DNA from: Camelus ferus
Lineage: Eukaryota
NCBI RefSeq assembly: GCF_009834535.1
Contig: NC_045697.1
Coordinates: forward strand, 4,342,001-4,406,000
Length of the DNA: 64,000 bases
Direction of reading: 5' to 3'
Shown here: piece after piece, positions 38,835 through 51,620 of the stretch
Position numbering within the stretch: the first letter of the stretch is position 1
Layout of the letters: every line of letters begins with the position of its first letter
Made by a program: the position numbers and the translations under genes
The notes under the pieces: model-generated
What the model saw: only the letters and a program-made list of their open reading frames with translations
Databases searched by the model: none
What the model was told of the DNA's origin: nothing

Positions 38835-41169
38835 CACACACGCACATGTGCCTGTCTCTAGATGGGGAAACTGAGGTGCAGGAAAGCAGAGGGATTCCAG
38901 AGAATCACTAGACTCACACAGGTGGGAAAGGCCAGGTAAGGTCTTGAACCCAGGTCTCTTGAATGCCAGCCCAGGGGTCTGTCCTCCTCCTTCAACTTGC
39001 CTGGGCTGTGGTTTCTCACTCAGAGGGGGAGGTAACAACTTTCAAGTTACCATCCTCAAGTGTGATCCCATCAGTATCCTGTTAAGTATTTTTTATGCCC
39101 CCTGCCAAACAGCTCCAAACACTGACTTGTCTGAGAGTGAGAAAAGGCAGGAAAAAATCCATTGACCTTCCCCTCAGCTTCCTGGGAAGAGGAAATGTGC
39201 CAAATAGTGATGACAAAACCTAGAGTTCTAGAATTTTCCTTGGCCTGTGTCCACATGGCCAAGCCTGGTTCATGCCTTGTAATCCAACACTAGGACTGTT
39301 CTTATGTTTTAAATGGTATTTTTGTTTTGAATTACAAGTCGTGGATATGGCTCAGAACTTGGGGGTACCCACAGCTGATGGTAAAAGGTAGATAGAGCCC
39401 CTCCCTGATCCTCTAGCACCCAGTCCCCTCCCTGGAGGCAACCGGCTAAGGGGCTCTTCACTCACCCTTCCAGAGCTAGTCTGTGCCTTTACAAATGTTT
39501 CTGTCCCCCACACAATGGCAAGCTAGTTGCACTGCACTTAATTTACTTCTTTCGTTGACTATGTCTTTGGGTTCTTTCTGTACTAGCCCACTTAGAACCA
39601 CTGCATTTTTTAGTGAAGGGGACATTGAATTCCTCTGTGTGGATGGGCCACAGTGCATTTAGCAGCCCCTATTAACAGATGTAGATTATCACTGGTCTTG
39701 CACACACAGCATTTCATGCAGGTAGTGGGCTCCCTAGAAAGTGAGTTGCTGGGTCAAAGGGCATGTGTGTTTGTAAATCAGATGGACCCTGGCTGGCACA
39801 CACCCCTCCATGGGGCTGGACCGATTTCATGCTCACCAGCTGCATAGGACTCACCTTCCTCCCAGGAATCCTTGCCTCTCAGACCACAGGCAAGAGTCCC
39901 ACCGCCTTCCTCTGTGTTCACATCCCTCTCTGGCTCCCCTTGACTTCAGCATGAAGTCCAGGCCCCCTAACCTGGTAGTTGAAGCTCCAGGAGGCTGGTC
40001 CCTAATATCTTGTCCAGCCTCACACTCATCCAGCTGATATAACTGGCTCCAAAAGGTGGTGATCAAAACAGATGATAAATCAGACCCTTTATGCCTATCA
40101 CCCCATTTAATCTTCAGCATGACTCTGATTACCATGGTGACATCCGCAGGTGGAGAAAGAAGTTCAGAGAGGTCAGTGACCTTCCCAAGCGTCTGCAGCA
40201 AGGCAGGGCAGATGGGACCAAACCTTCGGTTGCCTACTCTTTCCATCTACCCAGCCATCGCAGCAAAAAGCAGAAATCCTCTTGTGTCCAGTACAGCCCA
40301 ACTTCAGATGCCCTCACTCAACTGGGCTCAGCCCCAAATCTCCCCTGCCTTGGCTTCCCCCTTTCCCAAGTGTCCACACACAGCAAGGAGGAGACTATTT
40401 GAGGGACAACTCTCAGCTGATTGATTCATTCAGTGGACAGACTTTAGGACCAGGGTCAGAGAGAGTGCTGGGCCCCAGACAGCAGCTGCAGAAACAGCAG
40501 TGGCTGACAATGCAGCCTGCAGGGAGCTCTAGGTCAACACCAAGTCCTAGTTTCTTGGAGGGCAAAAGCCATGGTGATTGCTTTGCCTAATATTGAGGCT
40601 CTGGAATGTTCTATGACTTGCTCAAGATCTCCAATCCAGAGACAACTGGTGCCTGCTCTGGGGCCCTGGCCTCTCCACTGGCTGGAAAGTGCAGTGGTCA
40701 CTCCTACGCCTCAGTTAGAAGGTACAGCCTCAGAGCCAGCTCTGCCACCTGTTAACCACGTCATCTCTCAGTCCTCAGTTTTCTCAGTTGTAAGATGGGG
40801 CATGGTTTTTGCAGTGTCTGGCTCCCAGGAAGGAGGCTGTAGCCAAGAACCACTGGTATTCTAACGTCAGCAAAGTCTGCATTGGAACGTGAGAACACAG
40901 TCTTCATAGGCCAAAATGCCACCTGCCCTCAAGTAACAGAAACACACTAGCCAGGAACAAATTACAGGAATTTTCACTAAATTATCATAAGAGGTCAGGA
41001 AGCAGAATTTTCTGCATAAAGGAAGGTTGTAGACAGAGACCTGAATATTTCCAGTGTCAATTTCAAGATCTGCACGGTTGACGCTGAACTTCTGACACCC
41101 ACCGACCTGGGCTTGAATCCTGGTTATGCCCCTAGCGACCTGCAGGGCCGCCTTCAAGTCACTGAATGC

Positions 41170-42150
41170 CGTGTGTCTCACTGTGGAGCTGAGACAGTCC
41201 CCGCCCCAGGTCGCTGTGGGCGTTACATGGGACAGCTGACTCCGAGTTCGCTGAGCCGAGCGGCCCAAGTACCCCACAACGCTACAGCTCTTAAGACCAG
41301 AGTCGTCCGCTGTAGTCGCCAGCGTTGGCCGGTGACTGCAGCGGCGGGCAGGAATCCCAGGCCGGCTGGGGAGGCCGGGCCGCACTTCCTTCAGCACTGG
41401 TGGCCACGGACAGCGCCAGGCCCGCTCGAGCCGCGTGGATAGGTCACAAGCGCCAGGGCGGGGACAGCGGTGGGTAGGGGGGCGGGCAGATGGCACTTGC
41501 TCCGAGGGACGAGCGGGAAGCGGACCGGCCCGGGCACAAGCCCTAGTCACGTGCCAGGACTTGGGCACCGCCCCCGGCGTTAGCACCTGCGCCGCGGGGC
41601 TGGGCTGCACCCGAGGGTGCCCACCCGGTCCCGAGGACGACCACGATACTCCCGTGGAGCGGGCAGCGCGCGACAGAGGGGAAGGGCTGCAAGTTCAGAC
41701 ACTGATCCTCAGCCTGGACGCTGCCCCGCTGCATGTCGCCAGCCCGGGGCCGCCGCCAGGCGCCGGCTGCTCCTCCCCGCGCCGGCTGCTCAGACCCGGC
41801 CCTGTGTTCGGTTTCCGCTCCACCCCGCCCCGCGTGCCGTGGGCGGGCCCTCTGGAGCCTTCGCTCCCAGCGCGGCTGCAGGTATCCCGGGCGCTGGCTT
41901 AGTCCGCCCTGGACCGCGTCGTGCCCCCGGGACTTAGGCAGGGGCTTGGGGCGAGAGTTCCCCCGCGCACAGCGCTCCCGGCTCCATGTTTTCCGAGTAG
42001 CCAGGGACTGGGCGGGGCCAGAGCGGGAGGGGCGGAGAAGTGGGCGGGGTGGCGGACGGGGCGGCCTGGTCCCGAGTCCGCGCCCACGCTTCTGGCGCAG
42101 CGGGTTCGTCCACCCGCCTCCTCGGTTACATAAGGGTGCATGTTTATACG
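41170..42150. promoter_or_regulatory. Orphan (intergenic) CpG island
   Basis: ~1 kb of non-repetitive, CpG-dense DNA with several GC boxes and GTCACGTG (41546-41553). No recognisable coding exon. Confidence 0.85.
41390..41417 (+). promoter_or_regulatory. Non-canonical (split) RE1/NRSE REST-binding motif
   Basis: TTCAGCACT-ggtggccac-GGACAGCGCC. The left half-site matches TTCAGCACC at 8/9, the right half-site matches perfectly, and the spacer is 9 bp instead of 2 bp. Confidence 0.7.
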
Positions 42151-43699
42151 TCTCCGTACTTTCACATCACTCAGGAATAAATAATACCATTAGCACTGTG
42201 GCGAAATCAGACAATTCAGAGCAGCCTTTCTCCCGGAATCCACCATCTGAAAGCCAACCACCTGTTAACCATTGGAGTGCCTCTTTTACGTTAAAAGAAT
42301 TCAAAATATACTTTCAAAGATAATTCTCAACATTTAAAAATAGCCACAAGCTCCACCCACCTTTCCAATGGCAACAGCAACATTTCCGTGTTCACATATC
42401 CCCTTCCAGTTTGTGGTAGGTGACCCGAAGGCAATCATGGACTTATTTAACACACTGTGCGTAATTTTTAGGTTGCCTACAAGAAGCCACGGTTCCCGGA
42501 GCCAGACGGTCAGTGTTCACCAGTCTATCCCTGCTAGGTGGCTTTAGGCTGGTTCTTCACCTCTCTGGGCCTCACTCTTTTCATCTGTGAAGTGGGGATA
42601 ATAATAGTGCCTATTAGATAGGACGGTTGGAGGATAAATGAGTTAATACTTCTAAAGTACATCGGAGGCACTCAAAAATGTGTTAGATTTCTGAGTTCTT
42701 ATGCATGTATCAAGGGTAATGAGCAATAACTGTAAAAACATAATTTGGTCTTTTCATACTCCCCAAAGCTCCCCATTCCATTGCCTTGTTTTTAGTTTTC
42801 ACCAACCAATGGCTTCAACAAATAAGTCACTAAAACTCTCTGTTTCTCAGTTTCTTCCTCTATAGAATAAAGATAGTATTAATAGCATCACAGGGATGTT
42901 TGAGGATTAAATGAGATGCTGTGAGAGATAAATGAGATTTGCTGAGTGCCACACCTGGTATGTATTTTGTGGCTAATGTCATGAATAGCTGCTCCTACCC
43001 CTGGTGTCCACGCTTACAAGGAAGTCAGTGCTGAGCCAACCTGGGCTGGGACTCCAGAGCAGGAAAGGAGCCCAGAGATTTTGCGTGCCAGCCCTTCCTT
43101 TGCCAGTGGAGGAAACTGAGTCCCGGAGAGGGAAAGTGGCTTATGCAAGTGAAGCTCCTTCTACCTCTCCACATAGCTGCTCAACTCAGTCTTATCCCTG
43201 AAGGAAGAGAAGCAGATAAGGGAACTCTGTGATAACCTAGCTTCCTGCCTGGAGGGTCTTCCTCAACTGTGATGGAAGGAAGTGCGACCAAAGCAGAGTG
43301 TGCATTTGCTGAGCTGGGGAGCGAAAGAGAAAGGAGGGAAACCAAGTGGCTGGGACTTGAAACGCAGAGAACCAGACATGAGAAGACTGCAGAGAAAACT
43401 CTAGGACTCTGTAGAGGGGTTCTCTTGTGTCTATGGATGAATACTAAGCCTGTCATATATCAGATGAAACTTCTTGAGATAAAAATCAAGTAAGTACTAG
43501 ATTTCTCAAAGGGCTGGGAGACATTTGAGCTTTGATCAGTCATGTTGGAAAGTCTTACTGAACACCCAGGTCATTCAGTAGAGACCCCAGAATGGCCATA
43601 CCTTAGGAAGAAGGCTCATCTAACATTAATATGAAAGCAGCCCTAGGACCCAACCTAACAGAGGTAAACTTCAAAAGCATCAAACTGGTCTGCAAGTAA

Positions 43700-46600
43700 A
43701 TTAACTGACAGAAGAAAGCTAAACATTTTTTAGAGGAAGAAAACAACACTACACACTCAGCAAAATAACATCCAGTCAAAAATTACTAGACAAATGAAGA
43801 CCCATGAAGATGTGAACATAACTAGAAAAAAATAAGTCAATAGAAAGAGACCCAGAGATGACAGATGATGAAATTGGCATTCAAGGGCTTTTGAGAAGCT
43901 ATTGTTAATATGCTTAAGGATGCAGAGAAAAACATGAAATCAATTAACGGATAAAGTAGGATGAAACAGAGAACCAAATGAGACTTCTAGAACTGAAATA
44001 TGCTATGCCAGAAATAAAAATTCATTGGATAACTTTCCAGAAGATTAGACACTGCAGAAAATGAATAGCAAGCATGACAATATAGTAACAGAAATGATCC
44101 AAACTGAAGTAAGGGGGGGAAAAGCTGAAGAAAAAAAAAAGAAGAAGAAGCCTTAGGGACTTGTGGGACACCAAGGGGCTATATAATTGGAGTATTGGAA
44201 GAGATATAGCACGAAATAATATTTGAAGAAATAATGACCCAAAATATCTGAATTTGGATGAAAGTTATAAACAGAAAGATTGAAAAAGCTTAACAAACCC
44301 CAAGCATCCTACATACAAACACATACCCCAATGCATATCTTAATCAAATTGCTGAAAATCAGTAATAAAAAGGATAATCTTAAAAGTAGCCAGAGGAAAT
44401 ATTACATCAAAAGAAGAGCAAAGGTGCAAGATCTACACTGCTTGGATTTCCAGGATTCATTATAAAGTCTTATCACTAAGTGTGATATTGGCATCAAAGA
44501 CAGAGAAATAGGTCAATGGAACAGAATATACTCCAGAAATAGATCCACACGTTATGTGGTCAATTGAGTTTTGACAAACGTGCAAAGAAAATTCTGTAGA
44601 GAAAGGACACGGTCTTTTCAATAAATGATGCTAGAGCAATTGGATATCTATATAAAAATGAGTTTTGATCCATACCTTGAACCACATACGGAAATTACCT
44701 CAAAATGGGTCATAGACCTAAATAAAAATTAAAATTATAAAAATTCCAGGAGAAAACATAGGAGAAAATTGTTGCAGTTTGGGGTTGGGCATAGATCTTA
44801 GACACAATACCAAAAACATGAGAGATTGTTAAAACAATGAAAAGACAAACTATAGACGAGGAGAAATTATATGATTATGTAAATGAATGAATGAAAGAAT
44901 GAATGAATAAATAGGTAGGTAAGTCGGTAGTGGGGGGTATCAAGCTTCACAACAAAACAAACCCATTAAAAATGGTCAAAAGATTTCATTAGACACTAAA
45001 TATCTGTTAAGCCCTAGTTTCACTTCTTTTGGGTATGTATCCAGATTGAAATTGCTGGACCAGATGGTAGTTCTTCGTTTAATTTTTTGGGAATCACCGT
45101 ACCATTTCCCACTGTTGCTGTGCTGCTTTACATTCCTATCAACCATGCACAGGGTTCTGGTTTCTCCACATCCTCCCTAACACCTGTTATTTTCCAGTTT
45201 TCTGATAGTCGCCGTCCAAATGAGTGAGGGGGTCAACATACCTCTTAATAATTTATAAGCCACAGAGTAAAAATAAAAGCTCGTAAAGACAGAGACGATT
45301 TGAGCAACACAACTATAATCAGCTTTATATAATGAACTCATTGAGAACCTTCAACCTATCATACAAAGAACATTTATCACTTTAAGAAATATACCATTTA
45401 CAATAGCAAAACAAAATGAAAACTACATTTATTGACAGGTAGACAAGACTTTAACAGAGCAAATGATCATTCCATATTGAAAGATGTTTAAGAAGACCCA
45501 AATAAACAAAGGGATTCATCAATAGAAGGGCTTGATATAAGATGTCACATTTCTCCAAACTGTGTGATAGTTTTAATGCAGTTCCCATTAAAATCCCAAC
45601 AAGGTTCTTTGCAAAATTTGCCAGGCTAATTCTAAAATGTGTATGGAAGCACAAAGGTCTAAGAATAGCTTAAATGCCCCTGAAAAAGATGAACAATTCG
45701 GGGGTTGGGGGATTAGCTTTGACGGATACCAAGACTTACTATAAAGCTAAAGTAATTATGACAGTGTGATATTGATACAGAGATGGACAGATAGACAAAT
45801 GACACAAAATAGCAGACCACGAACACATGGACACTTGATATATATCACAGGTTGCATTGCAGTGAGAAAGGATGGAGTTTTAAATAAGTGATGATGGGAC
45901 AATGGTATCCCCATGAGGGAAAAAATGAAATAGGATCTCTAGCTGACACTATACACAAAGCCCAATTCCAGGGGCATTAACTCCTAAAACTACAAAGTAA
46001 AACCTTAAAACATTTAGAAGGGAATATGGGAGAATATTTTGAGTGCCTCAAGATACAGAAGAATTTCTTAAACAAAATGCAAAACCACAAATCATAAATC
46101 AAAATACTGAAAGCACTATGTTAAAATTAATATTTTTATTCACCCAAAGGAACCCATAATGATATGAACTGACAAGCCCTTAACTGAAAAAATAGACGTG
46201 CAAAACGTATGCCCAACAAAACAATAGGATAGAGAAAATATAAGCAATCCCTGAAAATCAATACAAAAAGGACCACCCAATAGAATGATAGGCAAGCTAC
46301 ATTAAAAGGTACATTCATTGAGATAAAGGATGAGTAGCCAGAAATACAAGAGTTGCTGTCAGAGAAAGTCACAGTTAAATGGCTCTGAGACACCACTTCA
46401 TTCTCACCAGATTGGCAATAACTTAACATACAGTCAATAGCAAATGTTGGCAAAAATGAGGAGGAATGGGATTTCTTGTATACTGATGGTTGGAAAATTA
46501 ACTGGCACGAACATTTTGCAAAACTATTTGGTAGTATCTTGTAAAGTTGAAGATGCCCGTGTCCATGACCCAGCAATTTCATTCCTATGGTACCTACTCT

Positions 46601-47100
46601 GGAATAGCAGTTCTCAACCAGGGGCAACTTTGCTGCCCAGGAGGACATTTGGTGCTCTCTGGAGGCATGTTTGGTGGTCACATGTAGGTGGGGAGGTGCT
46701 ACTGGCATGTAGGGGGCGGGTCAGGGACAGGCCCCCTCTACAAAGAATTATCCTACCCCGAATGTCAGCAGTTCTGACGTTAAGAAGCCCTGATCTAGAA
46801 ATCTCTTACCTTAGTGCATCAAAAATACGAATCCCGGTGTTCTTTGTCGCACTGTTCAAACAGAAAAAAAATCATCAGAATGGCTATTCACAGTTCAGTT
46901 ACATGTATCATAAAGGATGAATTTTAAACACTTGATGTCAAGTAAAAAGTAAAATGTGATACTATGTACACGAAATTAGGAAAAAGATAAACACAGGCTT
47001 GAGAAGAATGGATACTAATTGTGGAGGGTGGCTTACAGGACATGATACTGTTCTATTTCTGAAGTTAGATGGTGGATACAATGATGTTTATTATACTATT
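43700..47100 (+). mobile_element. Large, fragmented old L1 (ORF1/ORF2/3'UTR remnants) with embedded fragments
   Basis: A-rich sense strand with ORF1-like (EEIMTQN, HILIKLLK) and ORF2-like (CAATGGAACAGAATA, TTCAATAAATGATGCT, CATGACCCAGCAATT) motifs. A minus-strand L1 piece at ~45015-45230 and a MER20 are embedded. Confidence 0.8.
46605..46792. mobile_element. MER20 hAT-Charlie element with degenerate 8-bp TSD
   Basis: TAGCAGTTCTCAACCAGGGGCAACTTTGC...TAAGAAGCCCTG, flanked by CTCTGGAA and ATCTAGAA (NTCTAGAN-type target). Confidence 0.85.
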
Positions 47101-47354
47101 TTTTATTCCTTGACCACAGTAAAATCTTGAAGTCATGAATCCAATGATAACAGAAGTTCCTATTTAATAGTTACGGATTGAATCCTGTCCCCTGTCCAGT
47201 TCCTGTTCTCAAAACGGGCGATCCAAATTCCTTCCCGTGTGGAGGGCTCTGATGACCTGGAGCTCCCGCACATCCTTACGGCTCACACTACTTGTGCAAA
47301 GTATAATTTCACCATTTTCTTTTGTGAGGAGGGTTGTGTGTACTTTTTTTTCTT

Positions 47355-47760
47355 AAATTTTAATTTTTTATCCAATTTTTTAAAGGTTACACTACATTTA
47401 CAGTTATTACAAAATACTGGCTGTCTGCCCTGTGGTGTGCAATTCATCCTCAAGCCTGTGTGACACTCAATGGTTTGTACCTACTGCTCCGCGACCCCTC
47501 ACTTGCCCCTCCTCTCCCTGCCACTGGTAACCACTAGTTTGTTTTCTGTATCTGTGAGTCCGCTTCTTTTTTGCTATATTGACTAAGTTTATTGTCTTTT
47601 TTAGCTTCTACATATAAGTGATAACACGCAACATTTATCTTTCTCTGTCTGACTCATTTCACTTAGCATAATACCCTCCAAGTGCACCCATGTTGTTGCA
47701 CGTGGCAAAATTTTTTCTTTTTTTAAGTAGTAGCGGAGTAGTATTCCATCATCACTGGTT
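47355..47760 (-). mobile_element. L1 3' end (ORF2 C-terminus plus 3'UTR)
   Basis: Minus-strand KKEKILPRATTWVHLEGIMLSEMSQTEKDKCCVLSLICRS. Confidence 0.85.
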
Positions 47761-47789
47761 TTGTGTTTGTGTGTGTGTTTGGGCTGTTT

Positions 47790-47839
47790 TTCTCTTCCTT
47801 CTTCTTTTCTTTCTTTTTCTTTCTTTCTTTTTCTTTCTC

Positions 47840-47900
<61 letters not shown>

Positions 47901-47952
47901 CTTTCTTCTTTCTTCCATTCTTTCTTTTCCTTCCATTCTTTCCTTTTTTTTT
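47790..47952. repeat. (TTTC)n / pyrimidine-rich microsatellite
   Basis: Perfect CTTT run ~47840-47892 within a ~160-bp polypyrimidine tract. Confidence 0.95.
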
Positions 47953-48479
47953 TGAAGTGGTATAGAATGCAACTGACATTTTTGGAAGCCCTTCTGTTTT
48001 GCTTTGGAGAACATACAGGCACACTAGGAGTCCATTTCATGTAAATTTTCTGCATGTATCTGCACATGAGGAGGTGCCCCAAGCCCAGGTCACCCGAGGG
48101 CCCATGGGGGTTACTCTGTGCCCTGAGATCCAAGGTGACCTTTTGGTTTCTTCCTTACATCTGCCAGTACTGGTTGAATTCTTAACAATGAGCATGTATT
48201 ATTCATGGAACCAGAAATAGCCCACAGGAAGCTGTTTTCATTGAAAGGTGGAAAGGAGAAGAGAGAAGCAAAGGGGCCTTGCGGCTGAGAAGGCCAGATG
48301 CCCCTGCACTGGCAGTGGTGGGGAACTTGGGCCTCTGCCCGCCTCGCACCCCTGCAGGCTGCCCCACCCTGTCCCAGGAGGAAGGTCCCACAGCTCCCCT
48401 GCCCCGTTCTATCTCCCTGCCCCAGGGAAGAGCCCTGTCCACTAGAGCCTCAGGCAGCTTCCTTCATGCTCACCATTAT

Positions 48480-48679
48480 CTTTTTGAAAACTTTTTATTT
48501 TGAGATAATTGTAGATTCACATGCAGTTGTAAGAAAAATACAGAGCAACCCCATATACTCTTCACCCAGTTTCCCCCAATAGGAGGTAATATCTTGCAAA
48601 ACTGTAGCACAATATTGCAAACCAGTTAACATTGATACCAGCCATCCACCTTATTCACATTTCCCTAGCTTTACATGAA

Positions 48680-48710
<31 letters not shown>

Positions 48711-48900
48711 AGTCCTGTGCAATTGGATCACAGGTCTAACTCTGCACACCCACCACCACAGTCAAGATACAACACAGTTCCAGACAGGATTCCCACTGCT
48801 GAGCCTTAGAGTCACAGCTACCTCCCTGCCCCCTCCTCAACTCCTGGCAACTGCTAATCAATTCTCTGTTTCTATCATTGTGTCATTTTGATAAAGTTCT
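48480..48900 (-). mobile_element. Old L1 3'UTR (L1MC/MD-like) containing (TG)n at ~48683-48710
   Basis: TTTTGAGATAATTGTAGATTCACATGCAGTTGTAAGAAA...CACCCAGTTTCCCCCAAT...GGTAATATCTTGCAAAACT. Confidence 0.8.
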
Positions 48901-50320
48901 ATCAGTGGAATCAGTCAGCTGTTTTCACTCAGCATGGTTCCTACCATCGCCCTTTGGATTTGAAAGTGAACTGATGGCCCTGGGGTCACAAAGACCTGGC
49001 TGTAGTTCCCAGATCCTTTGTCAGAGTGACTTGGCCTCTCTGAGTCTCCACTATCTCATCTAGAAAAGAGGAATCACACACCCGGATGGAAGGAGGTAAG
49101 CTTTTCTGCTGCAGTTCCCAGCAGCGTTCACCCACGGAGTACACTGAACGGCCAGAGCCCTGTTTTAGGTGCATCACAGTCATAATCTATTTAAATAGCC
49201 TAACCAGCCTGGGACGCAGGCTCTGTTCTTCCCATTACTGAGATGAGGGAATTGAGGTCCAAGGTGACCTAGGGACCGAATTGACCCAAGATTCACATCC
49301 CAGTCTGTCTGACAGGTGTGGTGTATGGCAACTTCTCTATTTGACAGGATGAGATCAAGGCTCAGAGAGGTGACAGGACTTGTTCCAGGGGGACAGCCAA
49401 TTAGTGGCCGAGCCAATGACAAAAACTGGTACTGCCTGGTGCTCCCCGCTCCTGGCCCACAATGGTGTTTCTGTGCTCCTTGGCCTCAGGGGGATGCCTG
49501 GAGATTTCCCTCTGCATCTCTCCAGCAGCACAGCAGTGTCCTGCTCCTTACAGGATGCAAAGGTGCTCAGCAGAGGACAGCAGTGGTGTTCATCACTGCG
49601 GGACCAAGCTGGCTGGTTCGAACCCTGGCTCTGTCACTTACCTCCTAGTAACCTTAGGCAAGTTACTGAACCTTTACATCCCTCAGTTTCCAAGGATAGG
49701 TTGGCGATTAAAATGAGGTAATATATGTGAAGCTCAGCCCAGTATCTGGGACAGAGTGAGTTCTCAGCAATGTTCATTGCTATTAGTAATGCGGTTATTT
49801 ATTTAGCCCCAGGGCCTGGCTGCCAGGGTTTGAATTCTGGCTCTACTGGCTGTGTGATCTGGGGCAAGTTACCTAACCTCTCTCTACCTAGGGTTGTCGT
49901 GTGGACTACCTAAGTCAGTACTCACAGAGTGCTTACACCTGCTCAGAGCAGGCTTGACCAAAGTTTGCTCCTGCTTTTATTACTGCCCTCCCCAACCCAG
50001 CACAGCCCACCACCCAGAAGGCGAGTCCTACAAGTTGGATCAGTTTCAACCATCCAATTGGGCGTGATGTTGCCAATTAGAGGGTCCTGACTTGTCCTTC
50101 TGGGGCCCTGGCTCAAACTGCCCTGGTTCTGACTCTCAGCCTCCCTCATCCTCAACAATTCAGGGGGCTCTTGCCTCCCCTTCCCACCCACTCTCCATAC
50201 AAAGGCCAACACTGGCCAACCAACCCCAGTGGTGTCATGCCCTGTTCCAAATTCCTCAGTCACTGTGTGCCCTTCAAGTCTCCTTGTATGATCTGGCCTT
50301 GCCACTTCTTAACCTTGAGT

Positions 50321-50338
50321 GCCCTCTAGGGGGCAGCA
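50321..50338 (+). promoter_or_regulatory. CTCF-like motif
   Basis: GCCCTCTAGGGGGCAGCA fits the core CC(A/T)(C/G)(C/T)AG(A/G)(G/T)GGC(A/G)(G/C). Confidence 0.5.
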
Positions 50339-51004
50339 GGCTGAAATCCACGTCATGGTCTTTATGCCTCCATGGTCCCTCCACACATGCTATTGTCTGT
50401 CTAGAATGCCTGCTTCCTCCCTCCTTGTCTAACCTCAGCTCAAGTGCTCCCCTCCTCCAGGAAGCCCCTCCTGACTCCCTACATGGCCCTAGGAGTTTCT
50501 TCCCCACACCCCTATTGTTCTGGGCTGCCCATTGTAATGGGCCACTTACTCTTCTGTCTCTCCAGCTGGCCCATGAGCCTTGAGGGCAGGAGCTGTTTCC
50601 AGGCCATGTCCCACGTGCCAAGGCAGAGCAGTGGTACACAGCGGATGCCCATCGGTGTCTGCGGAATCATCAGTGCAGCTGATGGGCCGGCCTGCCCTTC
50701 TGCCCACGTTCACCAGGCTGTCTGCAATCCTGTCACTAATGCCCTTCCTCAGGAACTCTCAGTGCCCTCCTTTCAACTGGAAGGTCAAGTCCAAACGTGG
50801 GGCCTTCATGCCACTGTCCACTCTCCCTGGAACATTCTTTCTTTTCTTCTTCTTCTAACTAGCTAATACTCGGAGCTAACTTCCTCAAGGAAGATGCTCT
50901 GACCCTCAGACAAGCCAAGCTCCACGTATTGTGATCTCCTGGCACCTTTTCCTCCTCCTTAGGAATGATCACAATGGAGACAAATGGTTGTGTGATTTAC
51001 AATA

Positions 51005-51620
51005 ACATCTTGGAACCTGCAAATGTGAACTTATTTAGAAAAGAGGTCTTTGCAGATATGATTAGGTTAAGGCTCTTGTGATGAGATCATACTGGATTAT
51101 CTGAGTGAGCCCTAAATCCAATGGCCTATGTCCTTACAAAAGAGGAAAACCATATTCAATATCTTGTAATAACCTCTAATGGAAATGGATCTGAAAAAGA
51201 ACATATATATGTATATATATTTATATATATTCACTGAATATATATATATATTTAGTTATGTATAACTGAATCACTTTGCTGTACATCTGAAATCAACACA
51301 ACATTGTAAATTAACTAAACTTCAATAAAAAAGACTGAATAAAGATGAATACTTTTTTTAAAAAGATGAAAAGAGACACAGCGGTGAAGATGGAGGCAGA
51401 GACCAGGGTGATGCGGCCACAAGCCGAGAATATCTGGAGCCACTGGAAGCTGAAAGAGACAAGGAAGAATTTCTCCCTAGAGCCTCTAGAGGGGGCACGC
51501 CCCCGCCAACACCTTGATTCAGGACTTCTGCCCTGAACACTATGTGAGAACAAATTTCTGTTGTTTTAAGCTCCCCAGTTTGTGGTAATTGACTATGGCA
51601 GCCCAGGAAAGGAACACAGA
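51005..51620 (+). mobile_element. MaLR LTR (MLT1B/C-like) containing an inserted L1 3' tail (~51145-51368)
   Basis: MLT1 motifs on both sides. The internal L1 tail TATTCAATATCTTGTAATAACC...ACTGAATCACTTTGCTGTACA...CAATAAAAAA is bounded by AAAAGAG (51138-51144 and 51369-51375). Confidence 0.85.

Noticed and set aside
47601..48133. Lys/Glu/Arg-rich and Phe/Leu/Ser-rich ORFs
   Set aside because: Produced by the (TTTC)n microsatellite plus an adjacent L1 fragment.
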